NCBI GenBank assembly: GCA_025355955.1 | Contig: JANXYP010000016.1 | Coordinates: forward strand, 73 to 64,072 | DNA: 64,000 nucleotides | DNA from: Chloroflexota bacterium | GTDB taxonomy: Bacteria > Chloroflexota > Chloroflexia > QHBQ01 | Direction: 5' to 3' | Shown: one piece after another, positions 28,361 to 36,487 of the stretch | How the letters are laid out: the number at the start of each line of letters is the position of its first letter | How positions within the stretch are numbered: position 1 is the first letter of the stretch | Program-made: the position numbers and the translations under genes | The notes under the pieces: model-generated | The model's input: only the letters and a program-made list of their open reading frames with translations | Databases searched by the model: none | What the model was told of the DNA's origin: nothing

Positions 28361-28948
28361 ATGGATTACGCTGTCGCCAGCCACCAGCCCCCGCGTGGGG
28401 AGGATAAACCCGACCAGGAACGACACTGGTACGTCATCCACACCTATTCCGGCTATGAGAACAAGGTCAAGAAGAACCTTGAGCGTCGTGTTGCCGCCTC
28501 CGATCTAACCGATCATATCTTCCAGATCGTAGTGCCAACCGAAAAAGAGGTGGAGATCAAGGACGGCCAGCGCCGCACCGTAGAACGCAAGGTTTACCCC
28601 GGCTACGTGCTGGTCGAGATGGTGATGAGCGACGAGTCGTGGTATGTGGTACGCAACACGCCAGGCGTAACCAGCTTCGTGGGCATGGGCAACAAGCCGG
28701 TGCCGCTCGAAGAGGCCGAGGCGCAGAAGATCCTGCACCACATGACCGAAGAGGAAGCGCCCAAGCTGAAGACCGCCTTCGTCGCTGGTATGTCGGTAAG
28801 GATTAAGGAAGGGCCATTTGCCGAGTTCGAGGGAACGGTCGAGAGCGTGCAACCGGATAAGGAGCGGGTCAGGGTGCTAATCAACATCTTTGGCCGCGAA
28901 ACCCCTACCGACTTCGACTTCCTGCAAGTCGAGAAACTGGTCAGCTAG
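28361..28948 (+). CDS. nusG: Transcription termination/antitermination factor NusG
   Basis: 195 aa with the NGN motif WYVIHTYSGYENKVKKNLE and a C-terminal KOW domain (VRIKEGPFAEFEGTVE). Confidence 0.92.
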   Translation: MDYAVASHQPPRGEDKPDQERHWYVIHTYSGYENKVKKNLERRVAASDLTDHIFQIVVPTEKEVEIKDGQRRTVERKVYPGYVLVEMVMSDESWYVVRNTPGVTSFVGMGNKPVPLEEAEAQKILHHMTEEEAPKLKTAFVAGMSVRIKEGPFAEFEGTVESVQPDKERVRVLINIFGRETPTDFDFLQVEKLVS

Positions 28949-29032
28949 CGCACCCAGCTAGTTAGCCAGCGTCAATCAGGGTAGTGCGTGGCGCACAACC
29001 ACGCACGTTATCACGTAAGGAGCATAAGTACA

Positions 29033-29464
29033 GTGGCAAAGAAAGTCAGAGCGGTATTGACGTTGCAGTTGAACGCCGGTAAGGCAACCCCGGCCCCCCC
29101 GGTCGGCACCCGTCTGGGCGGCTACGGCATCGCGCTAGTCAACTTCGTCAAAGAGTACAACGAGCGCAGCAGCGCCATGGTCGGGCAGATTATTCCGGTG
29201 CAGATTACCATTTTTGAGGATCGTTCCTACACCTTCATCCTCAAGACCCCGCCCGCTGCCGATATGCTGCGTAAGGCCGCAGGCGTGACTAAGGGCTCGG
29301 GTACCCCGAACATGAAGGATGGTGGCACCATCACCGCCGCGCAACTGCGCGAGATCGCCCAAACCAAGCTGAAGGACCTCAACGCCTACGACATGGAGAC
29401 CGCGATGCGCATCGTCGCTGGCACCGCTCGCAGTATGGGTATCACCATCCAGGGACGGTTTTAG
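29033..29464 (+). CDS. rplK: 50S ribosomal protein L11
   Basis: The GTG at 29033 follows [31 protein letters not shown] is the canonical L11 N-terminus. The ORF-track start at 28988 adds 15 aa. Confidence 0.92.
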   Translation: MAKKVRAVLTLQLNAGKATPAPPVGTRLGGYGIALVNFVKEYNERSSAMVGQIIPVQITIFEDRSYTFILKTPPAADMLRKAAGVTKGSGTPNMKDGGTITAAQLREIAQTKLKDLNAYDMETAMRIVAGTARSMGITIQGRF

Positions 29465-29569
29465 TTTTGAGTTGAGCATCAATAGGCTTCGGCTTATGAC
29501 GCAAAACTCATCACCGGCATATGTGGGAGAGCCGCACGGCTCGCCTGACCACAAAGGAGAAACTTAACC

Positions 29570-30298
29570 ATGGCATACGAACACGGCAAGAAATACCGCG
29601 CTGCCGCCGCACAGATTGACCCAGAGAAGCTCTACAGCGTGCAGGAGGCCGCGGATCTGCTGAAAAGCACCGCCTACACCAAGTTCGATAGCACCATCGA
29701 GATACATATGCGGTTGGGCATCGACCCCCGCCACGCCGACCAGATCGTGCGCGGCACGGCAGTGCTACCGCACGGCACCGGCAAGAAGATCCGCATCCTG
29801 GTCTTCACCCAGGGCGAGGGTGAGCGCATCGCTCGTGAGGCGGGCGCTGACTTCGTGGGCAGCGATGACCTGATCAAGCAGATCGAAGGCGGCTGGGTGG
29901 ATTTCGACATTGCGGTTGCCTCCGCCGATATGATGGGCAAGGTTGGGCGGCTCGGCAAGATCCTGGGGCGGCGCGGTTTGATGCCCAGCCCCAAGAGCGG
30001 CACCATCGTGCAGCAAGTGGGCGACCTGCCGCGGGTAATTGACGAGGTGCGACGCGGCAAGGTGGAGTTCCGTAACGATAAGACTGGTCTCATCCACATC
30101 GGGGTGGGCAAGATCAGCTTCGAGCAGAAGCAGATCATCGAGAATGTGCTAGCCCTTATTGACGCGATCAACAAGGCCAAGCCTAGTGGCTCGAAAGGCA
30201 CCTACGTGCGTAGCATCACTGTCACCAGCACGATGGGTCCTGGTATCTCCCTAGAAGTTGCCCCCGCGCTGGCTGCCAGCGCAAACATGGGAGCGTAA
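29570..30298 (+). CDS. rplA: 50S ribosomal protein L1
   Basis: 242 aa; the sequence is typical L1 and it sits in the conserved position. Confidence 0.92.
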   Translation: MAYEHGKKYRAAAAQIDPEKLYSVQEAADLLKSTAYTKFDSTIEIHMRLGIDPRHADQIVRGTAVLPHGTGKKIRILVFTQGEGERIAREAGADFVGSDDLIKQIEGGWVDFDIAVASADMMGKVGRLGKILGRRGLMPSPKSGTIVQQVGDLPRVIDEVRRGKVEFRNDKTGLIHIGVGKISFEQKQIIENVLALIDAINKAKPSGSKGTYVRSITVTSTMGPGISLEVAPALAASANMGA

Positions 30299-30302
30299 CA
30301 AC

Positions 30303-30420
30303 AATGTTAAATGGTAAATTGTAAATGGTAAATGAAGCAGTAGGTTGGCTGGGTGAACCAGCTTCCATCCACTTCATTCAACCCATCATTCACTATTCAC
30401 CACTTAACATTCAACATTTC
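30303..30420. repeat. Inverted pair of degenerate heptamer arrays (AATGKTA-type at 30303-30337, complement at 30372-30420)
   Basis: AATGTTAAATGGTAAATTGTAAATGGTAAATGAAG faces CTTCATTCAACCCATCATTCACTATTCACCACTTAACATTCAACATTTC. The loop contains GCTGGGTGAACCAGC. Confidence 0.7.
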
Positions 30421-30566
30421 TTTACCAATGACCGCCGGTGCGTCTTAGGATGCTTAAACCGAAAGGGCCTGCCGAGGTGAAGGAGCGGAAAAGCATAGGA
30501 CTGGCGCAGCGGACCAAACCCCGTTGCCACGCCGAGAGGCGCAGGCCAGACCGACTGCATTGACCA

Positions 30567-30601
30567 ATCCCCAACCCTCTGCGGCTGGGGATTTTTCTTT
30601 T
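30567..30601 (+). terminator. Intrinsic terminator or attenuator in the rplA-rplJ spacer (possible 3' end of an L10-leader-like element)
   Basis: AATCCCCAACC-CTCTGC-GGCTGGGGATT is followed by TTTTCTTTT. The structured GC-rich region at 30420-30566 lies upstream. Confidence 0.6.
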
Positions 30602-30612
30602 GGCTTATTGGA

Positions 30613-30686
30613 CCAGGGCGTGATTTATCACGCCTCTACATTGCGCGAGGCATATTGGAACGGGGCATGATTTATCACGTCCCTGG
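30613..30686. repeat. Two GC hairpin repeats in opposite orientation
   Basis: CCAGGGCGTGATTTATCACGCCTCTACA at 30613-30640 and CGGGGCATGATTTATCACGTCCCTGG at 30661-30686. Confidence 0.7.
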
Positions 30687-30716
30687 ATTGCGAGAGCGTG
30701 CAACAACGCTCACCCA

Positions 30717-30751
30717 CAATCTGCAATCTGCAATCTGCAATCTACAATTAA
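30717..30751. repeat. Heptamer array (CAATCTG)x5 just upstream of the rplJ RBS
   Basis: CAATCTG x3, then CAATCTA and CAATTAA. This is the same heptamer as at 10004-10036. Confidence 0.8.
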
Positions 30752-30773
30752 ATAGTGAAGGGAGGTGAATTGA

Positions 30774-31607
30774 TTGCCAACAGCTGAGAAGCAACAAACG
30801 ATTAAAGAACTGTCCGCGCTGATGAAGAAGAGCGCAATGATGGTGCTGACCGACTATCGCGGCATGACGGTGGCCGACATCAGTGACCTACGCCGCCAGA
30901 TGCGGGCCAAGGGCGTAGAGTATCACATCACCAAGAACACCCTGACCGTGCTGGCCGCCGAAGATGCGGGTATAGACATGACCAGCGAATTGCGCGACCT
31001 GCTCAACGGGCCAACCGCAATTGCCTTCTTGACCGACGACATCGCGGCGGGCAGCAAGATGATCAACGATTATCTGCGTACCGCACGGGTGATGAAGGTC
31101 AAAGCCGCATTGCTCGAAGGAAGGGTGATGAAGGCGGAGTCGCTGGCCGACATTGCCAAGCTGCCAGGGCGGCAGCAACTGCTAGCCTCGATACTCGGAC
31201 TCGTGCAAGCGCCACTCACCAGCCTGGCCTCCAGGCTCAACCAGATCATCAGCGGCCTGGCGACTGCCCTAAAGCAGCACGCCGATAACCAGAGTAGCGG
31301 AGTTAACGCCGAGACGGCTACGACTGCGGAAGCAGCCCCTGCCAGCGAAGCAGCGCCCGCCAGCGAAGCAGCCTCTACTGAGGTGGCTCCTGCTAACGTA
31401 GCCAATCCTAGCGAAGCAGCCTCTACCGAGGCGACTCCTGCTAGCGAAACCACACCTAGCGAAGCAGCCTCTACCGAAGCAGCGCCTGCTAGCGAAGCAA
31501 TGCCTACTAGCGAAGCAGCGCCTGCCAGCGAGGCAACTCCTGACGAGGCGGCCCCAACTAGCGAAGCAGCGCCTGCTAGCGAGGCTACGCCTGGCGAGGC
31601 AGCTTAA
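30774..31607 (+). CDS. rplJ: 50S ribosomal protein L10 with a ~107-aa low-complexity C-terminal extension
   Basis: The TTG start follows GGGAGGTG. The canonical L10 part covers residues 1-170 (VLTDYRGMTVADISDLRRQMR). It is followed by (EAAPASEA)-like repeats up to residue 277. Confidence 0.9.
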   Translation: MPTAEKQQTIKELSALMKKSAMMVLTDYRGMTVADISDLRRQMRAKGVEYHITKNTLTVLAAEDAGIDMTSELRDLLNGPTAIAFLTDDIAAGSKMINDYLRTARVMKVKAALLEGRVMKAESLADIAKLPGRQQLLASILGLVQAPLTSLASRLNQIISGLATALKQHADNQSSGVNAETATTAEAAPASEAAPASEAASTEVAPANVANPSEAASTEATPASETTPSEAASTEAAPASEAMPTSEAAPASEATPDEAAPTSEAAPASEATPGEAA

Positions 31608-31716
31608 CTTTACCGGCAGCTGGCACGATGAACCACGCCAGCACGAACCCAACCAACTAACATAATTGCCCATAATGGGCCAAGCACAAGCAACAAGAAA
31701 GGAAGTTCAGCAACAA

Positions 31717-32124
31717 ATGGCTACTATGACTCGTGAAGAAATCGTGGACGGCATCTCCAACCTCAGTGTACTGGAGCTGTCCAAGCTGGTGAAGGACATC
31801 GAGGAGAAGTTCGGCGTAACCGCTGCTGCTCCGATGATGATGGGCGGGTTCGCCCCTGCTGCGGCTCCGTCTGGTGACGGCGCGGCTCCGGTCGAGGAGA
31901 AGGAAGAGCAGACCCAGTTCGACGTAATCCTCACCGAAATCGGCGCGAACAAGATCAGCGTGATCAAGGCAGTGCGCGAATTGATACCCACCCTCGGTCT
32001 GAAAGAGGCTAAGGATCTGGTCGAGGCCGCACCCAAGCCGATCAAGGAGGGCGTGCCGAAGGCCGAGGCCGATGCTGCCGCCGCCAAGCTAAAGGACGCG
32101 GGCGCAACTGCCCAGGTCAAGTAA
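31717..32124 (+). CDS. rplL: 50S ribosomal protein L7/L12
   Basis: [34 protein letters not shown] at the N-terminus and ...[14 protein letters not shown] at the C-terminus. The ATG at 31717 follows GAAAGGAAG. Confidence 0.92.
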   Translation: MATMTREEIVDGISNLSVLELSKLVKDIEEKFGVTAAAPMMMGGFAPAAAPSGDGAAPVEEKEEQTQFDVILTEIGANKISVIKAVRELIPTLGLKEAKDLVEAAPKPIKEGVPKAEADAAAAKLKDAGATAQVK

Positions 32125-32199
32125 GGCTTCACCAGGCATGAGGCGTGCGGTATAAGTGGGTTAAGCACACGCCTGCTGCACAAATCGAAGGCATAGAGA

Positions 32200-32240
32200 G
32201 GGGCTGACAGCGCAAACTGGCAGCCCCCTTTCTATTCTGT
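32200..32240 (+). terminator. Intrinsic terminator after rplL
   Basis: GGGGCTGACAG-CGCAAA-CTGGCAGCCCC is followed by CTTTCTATTCTGTT. Confidence 0.6.
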
Positions 32241-32296
32241 TGAACTAAGCATGGCAGAAATAGGTGAGTGGGCGTGGGCAGCGGACAAACGAATAA

Positions 32297-32412
32297 TATT
32301 ACAACCGTAGATAGGAAAACCAGCCAGCGGATTAGGTTCAACGGAGAAGCGGAGAAAACGGATTGCGTGCATCGGCTTGACCTCATCAACTTGCCATCTA
32401 CGGTTGTAATAA
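32297..32412. other. Long-range inverted repeat (15-nt perfect core ATTACAACCGTAGAT, 17 of 18 over the wider arms) enclosing ~78 nt; candidate structured RNA or small palindromic element
   Basis: TATTACAACCGTAGATAGG at 32297-32315 faces GCCATCTACGGTTGTAATAA at 32393-32412. Confidence 0.4.
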
Positions 32413-32578
32413 TAAGCGATGGCGTGCAAGATTAGCGGGGGTCTGCGTCACGTTCTTGCCGAGCAAGCGCCCAGTAGGGGCAAACCGTTGTTCGCCCTGG
32501 TCCAATTTGTACTGCTGCTGGACACAAAGGTATAAACTCGTGTACCGCTACTGTGAACAGTTACCTTTAGGCCCGACT

Positions 32579-32608
32579 TTGACAAACCCCCCCTTTTTGT
32601 GATATAAA
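32579..32608 (+). promoter_or_regulatory. Sigma70-type promoter (TTGACA, 18-bp spacer, TATAAA) upstream of the split metE genes
   Basis: TTGACA at 32579-32584 and TATAAA at 32603-32608. A second TGcTGTAAT box lies near 32660. Confidence 0.5.
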
Positions 32609-32709
32609 TTGCAAGCAAAATACCGTTCCGCAACTGCGGCCTGCCGCCCTGGCCGCACTATGCTGTAATCCCGCCAGAACAGGCGTAAACACCAAGATTA
32701 AGGAGCAAT

Positions 32710-33774
32710 ATGCTGACAACTGTGGTAGGCAACTACCCGAAGATTGCGAACCGCCGCGAGAGCGATGCCCCCAAAGCCGCCTCCGCCACCTTCAACCCCA
32801 ATGCGACATCGATAACCACCGCGACTGCGACCGCGGGCGATAATACCACCCTGCCCACCAATCTGCGCCGCGCCCTTGCGCTGTTCGATGAAGGCAAGCT
32901 GACCGCCGACCAGTTGAAGGAGGTGCAGGATAACATCACTATCGAGGTGATCAAGGAGCAGGAAGCGGCGGGCCTGGACATCATCACCGACGGCCACATC
33001 CGCTGGGCCGACGACCAGACTTACATCGCGGGCAAGATAAAGGGCTTTACCCTGAGCGGCCTGCTACGCTATTTCGATAGCAACACCTATTACCGCCAGC
33101 CAGTCGCCGACGGCAAGCTCTCCGCCGCTGGACCCATCCTGCTGGCCGACTACCAGTTCGCCGCCGCGCACGCCAACAAGCCGGTCAAGGTTTCGTTGGA
33201 TGGCCCCTACACCCTGGCCCGCCTGAGCAAGAACGAGCATTACAAGAGTGATGAGGATTTCGCCCTCGCCCTCGCCGACATCCTTAACGCTGAGGCTAAG
33301 GCGCTGCTCAAGGCGGGTGCGCCAATCATACAGTTCGATGAACCAGCCATCCTGCGGCACAAGGGCGATTTTGCCCTGTTCGCCAAGTTGATGGCGCGGC
33401 TGACCGCTGACCTCGACCAGAGCAAGCTGGCGCTCTACACCTACTTCGGCAACCTCGATGGCCTCGACCACTATTTCGAGCTACCCTTCGGCAGCTTTGG
33501 CATCGACCTGACCGATGATTATGGCCGCGATAGCTGGGCCTGGCTCAACTTCTTCCCCAAAGGCAAAACCCTCGGCCTGGGCATTGTGGATGCCCGCAAC
33601 ACCAGGCTGGAGACGGTGGCCGAGCTAGTTGCCAAGATCAACGAACTGCCGGAGAACATTGACCGCAGCGCAGTGCAGGTTAGCCCTAACTGCGGGTTGG
33701 AGTTCCTACCCCGCGAACGCGCTCAGGAGAAGCTCACCCGCATGGTCGAGGCGGTCAAGTCAGTTAGTCGCTAA
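32710..33774 (+). CDS. MetE-like (beta/alpha)8 barrel protein lacking the zinc ligands (N-terminal-domain equivalent of cobalamin-independent methionine synthase)
   Basis: 354 aa and homologous in layout to the next gene. It has YTYFGNL where the partner has THICYGDF, and it retains SPNCGLEF. A ~40-aa low-complexity insert lies near the N-terminus. Confidence 0.7.
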   Translation: MLTTVVGNYPKIANRRESDAPKAASATFNPNATSITTATATAGDNTTLPTNLRRALALFDEGKLTADQLKEVQDNITIEVIKEQEAAGLDIITDGHIRWADDQTYIAGKIKGFTLSGLLRYFDSNTYYRQPVADGKLSAAGPILLADYQFAAAHANKPVKVSLDGPYTLARLSKNEHYKSDEDFALALADILNAEAKALLKAGAPIIQFDEPAILRHKGDFALFAKLMARLTADLDQSKLALYTYFGNLDGLDHYFELPFGSFGIDLTDDYGRDSWAWLNFFPKGKTLGLGIVDARNTRLETVAELVAKINELPENIDRSAVQVSPNCGLEFLPRERAQEKLTRMVEAVKSVSR

Positions 33775-33910
33775 TAACCCCCTCCCAGTCTCCCCGCAGG
33801 GGGATGCAGAGAGGGGTGCAACATTTCAACATAGGCGGCTGCTGCCCTGCTGCCGCTTGGGGTGAACAACCGCGCCCCTGGTTTACAAGATAAGGAGTTT
33901 TACAACAATC

Positions 33911-34879
33911 ATGGTACAAGGACTTTTGACAACCAGCGTAGGCAGCTTCCCCAAGCCCGCGTATTTGCTGGAGGCGCGCAACCGCTTCGCCAAGGGGGCG
34001 ATCAGCGCCGAGGAGCTAAACCAGCTTGAGAAGCAGGCCACCCGCGAGTGGATTACGTTTCAGGAAGAGATTGGCGTAGATATCCTGGTGGACGGCGAGA
34101 TGTATCGTGGTGACATGGCGACATATTTCGCCGAGCGGCTAGATGGCTTCAGCATCAGCGGGCTGGTGCGTAGCTACGGCAACCGCTACTACCGCAAGCC
34201 GGTCGCAGTCGGCGATATCCGCTGGCGCGAACCGATTAGCGTGGAGATGTTCAAGTATGCCCAGAGCCTGACCGATAAGCCGGTCAAGGGGATGCTGACC
34301 GGGCCGTATACAATGATGGACTGGTCGTTCAACGAACACTACGCCAACCGCGAGGCACTGGCGATGGCGCTGGCTGAAGCTATCCATCAGGAGGCAGTGG
34401 AGTTGGAGAACGCGGGCGCGAAGTACATCCAGATTGACGAGCCAGCCGTCTCCACCCGCCCTGAAGAGTTGGAGATTGCGATCAAGGCGATGGCGGTCGT
34501 CACCAACGGGCTGCGGGCGCACACCCTCACCCACATCTGCTATGGCGACTTCGAGAAGATCTACCCGCGAATGTTGGACATCCCCGTAGACCAGATTGAC
34601 CTGGAGATGGCGAACAGTCATTACGACCTGCTAGATACTTTTCGTAAGGCCAAGTTCACCAAGGCGATTGGCCTCGGCGTGGTGGATGTTCATAGCCACG
34701 TGATGGAGAGCGTGGACGAAGTAGCCGACGGCATCCGCCGCACCCTCGAAGTCATCCCCGCCTCCCAAATCTACGTAGACCCCGACTGCGGCCTCAAGAC
34801 CCGCACCGTCGAGGAGGCCAAGGACAAGATGCGCGTGGTGGTGGAAGCGACCAAGCGGGTCAAAGCTGAACTAAACTAA
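33911..34879 (+). CDS. metE: Cobalamin-independent methionine synthase catalytic barrel (core MetE)
   Basis: 322 aa with the zinc/homocysteine motifs THICYGDF and DPDCGLKTR, and the N-terminus LLTTSVGSFPKP. Confidence 0.8.
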   Translation: MVQGLLTTSVGSFPKPAYLLEARNRFAKGAISAEELNQLEKQATREWITFQEEIGVDILVDGEMYRGDMATYFAERLDGFSISGLVRSYGNRYYRKPVAVGDIRWREPISVEMFKYAQSLTDKPVKGMLTGPYTMMDWSFNEHYANREALAMALAEAIHQEAVELENAGAKYIQIDEPAVSTRPEELEIAIKAMAVVTNGLRAHTLTHICYGDFEKIYPRMLDIPVDQIDLEMANSHYDLLDTFRKAKFTKAIGLGVVDVHSHVMESVDEVADGIRRTLEVIPASQIYVDPDCGLKTRTVEEAKDKMRVVVEATKRVKAELN

Positions 34880-34880
34880 C

Positions 34881-34984
34881 AAGTTGAAAGTTGAAAGTTG
34901 AAAGTTACAAGAGTAAAAAAGCATTCATGTGCTTCCATATTTTACGCCTTCACTTTCAACTTTCAACTTTTCACTTTCAACTCA
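34881..34984. repeat. Inverted pair of heptamer arrays: (AAGTTGA)x~4 at 34881-34908 and (TTCAACT-type)x~5 at 34948-34984
   Basis: The arms are reverse complements with a 39-nt AT-rich loop. The pair lies between the metE stop and the next start. Confidence 0.85.
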
Positions 34985-34997
34985 CCGGAGGTGAAAG

Positions 34998-35216
34998 ATG
35001 CCCCAGAACGTCATCCTATACACGCGGCGGGACTCGCCCCGCTCGGACGAGGTCCGCAAGCGCTACAGCAAGAAGAACGTCCTGTTCGAGGAGCGGGCGG
35101 TAGAGAAGAACCGCGCCTGGGCTGAGGAAGCCTTCAACCTCTCCGGCCAGCCTGGCTACCCCGTTATCGTCGAGGACGGGCGGGTGCTGGTTGGCGTGGA
35201 TGGGCAAACCGACTAG
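34998..35216 (+). CDS. Glutaredoxin-fold small protein lacking the CxxC active site
   Basis: 72 aa. VILYTRRDSPRSDEVRKRYSKKNVLFEE...GYPVIVEDGRVLVG has the Grx/NrdH layout, with DSPRS where CPxC is expected. The RBS is GGAGGTGAAAG. Confidence 0.6.
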   Translation: MPQNVILYTRRDSPRSDEVRKRYSKKNVLFEERAVEKNRAWAEEAFNLSGQPGYPVIVEDGRVLVGVDGQTD

Positions 35217-35382
35217 CGGGATTTTAGCTAAGATGGGCAGATATGAATTAGCGTACCTGTTCATCCGAACGATCATAGCAAACCATCACCATCGGCATTC
35301 GCCTAACTGCAACGTTTCGGTTTGGGCTAAAGAACGAGCGGGACGCATTTATCGCGCCCCGCCCGTTCATAATTCGGCTAGT

Positions 35383-36000
35383 TTAGTGATGCCCGAAGCT
35401 GATAGTTGCCTTGAACACACAGTCAAGGACTTTGCCCTGCGCTTGGCATTGCACTTCTTTGACCGCAATCTGATCGCCAGTCAATATCGTGTAGCAGCTA
35501 CGTAGACCGTCGCCAATGAAGTAGCAAACTGGCTCATCGCTCTTGATGCGCTCACACATACCGCAATTATAGCTCGTTACCTCTACGCCCTCGGCTGTGT
35601 TGCTCAGGCTAAAATTACCTGACTGGGTGGAGAACACTTGCATATGAATTACGGCAGCCTGCTGCAGCCGGGTAATGCCTTTAAGCCCGACCAGCGTCGG
35701 TTCAGCCAGGGGCTTGAGCGCCGCTCCGAATATCTTCCCCCCATCGGTGCCAGCATAGCGCCCGAAGGTAATAAACAGATCTCTACCGACCATGTGATAA
35801 ATGTGTTCACATACCTGACCCAACTCCTTACCATTCGACTCGATCACAGCAGGGTCGTTTGAGGGCGGGCGCTTGAGATAACGTTTCCAGGGGGTTTGCT
35901 CCAGTATCTTATCATAAAGCGGGCCTATCGCTTTCTTCAGGCTTATCAGCAAGAGGCCAACCAGCGGCCCTGTGAGCGGGGCGCTTTCCTTTTCATCCAT
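35383..36000 (-). CDS. Hypothetical protein with a V4R-like Cys-rich C-terminal domain
   Basis: 205 aa. The C-terminus CGMCERIKSDEPVCYFIGDGLRSCY...VKEVQCQAQGKVLDCVF resembles the V4R (4-vinyl reductase) pattern. It sits in a lower-GC islet. Confidence 0.45.
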   Translation of the reverse strand: MDEKESAPLTGPLVGLLLISLKKAIGPLYDKILEQTPWKRYLKRPPSNDPAVIESNGKELGQVCEHIYHMVGRDLFITFGRYAGTDGGKIFGAALKPLAEPTLVGLKGITRLQQAAVIHMQVFSTQSGNFSLSNTAEGVEVTSYNCGMCERIKSDEPVCYFIGDGLRSCYTILTGDQIAVKEVQCQAQGKVLDCVFKATISFGHH

Positions 36001-36081
36001 GATGCTTACCTTCGATTCTATAACTTTAACACATCACTTTGCTTCAACCGAAGATAAGTGCATAACGTTGTTCCGCCAAAG

Positions 36082-36456
36082 TCAAGCGGGGTGAGTCTCG
36101 AAATATTCCTTGAGGATGCTAATGGTGTAGGTGGTGAAGAAGTCCTTGCCGCATAGTTCGCGGCGGCTAATCTTGCGGGCTACATATTGCTCCCACGCCT
36201 CGTAGACAATCTGGAACGACTTCTTACGCACGCGAATATCCTGCACGCGCACCAGGTCGCGCTCTGGCATATACCACGCCTCGAAGTCCTTGCCAAAGTA
36301 GCTCTTGCATACGCTCCAGTTGCGAACGTAGCGCTTCTTCTTCAGCCAGGTGGACAGCTCCTTCCAGAAGCTCTCGAAGTCGGGGAAGTCGTCGGCTATG
36401 GGGCTGACTTCGCTGGGTTTGCTTTTAACTTCGCTTGGTATCATTATGCTGTTCAT
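36082..36456 (-). CDS. Hypothetical protein
   Basis: 124-aa ORF in the same lower-GC islet, with no recognisable motif. Confidence 0.45.
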   Translation of the reverse strand: MNSIMIPSEVKSKPSEVSPIADDFPDFESFWKELSTWLKKKRYVRNWSVCKSYFGKDFEAWYMPERDLVRVQDIRVRKKSFQIVYEAWEQYVARKISRRELCGKDFFTTYTISILKEYFETHPA

Positions 36457-36487
36457 CGTCTATGAAAACGCTTCCTGCCCGCCAGCG

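Noticed and set aside
29465-29569. L1-binding regulatory mimic between rplK and rplA
   Set aside because: A GGGAGAGCCGCACGGCTCGCC hairpin is present, but I cannot match it to the 23S L1-stalk motif by eye. The evidence is insufficient.
32609-32709. SAM or cobalamin riboswitch upstream of the metE-like genes
   Set aside because: The ~100-nt leader shows none of the conserved cores I can recognise (no B12 box, no SAM-I/II signature). A covariance-model scan is needed before any claim.
32125-32709. Expected rpoB-rpoC after rplL
   Set aside because: They are not present. rplL is followed by a terminator, a palindromic region and a promoter for the metE-like genes. This is a synteny note only, not an anomaly in itself.
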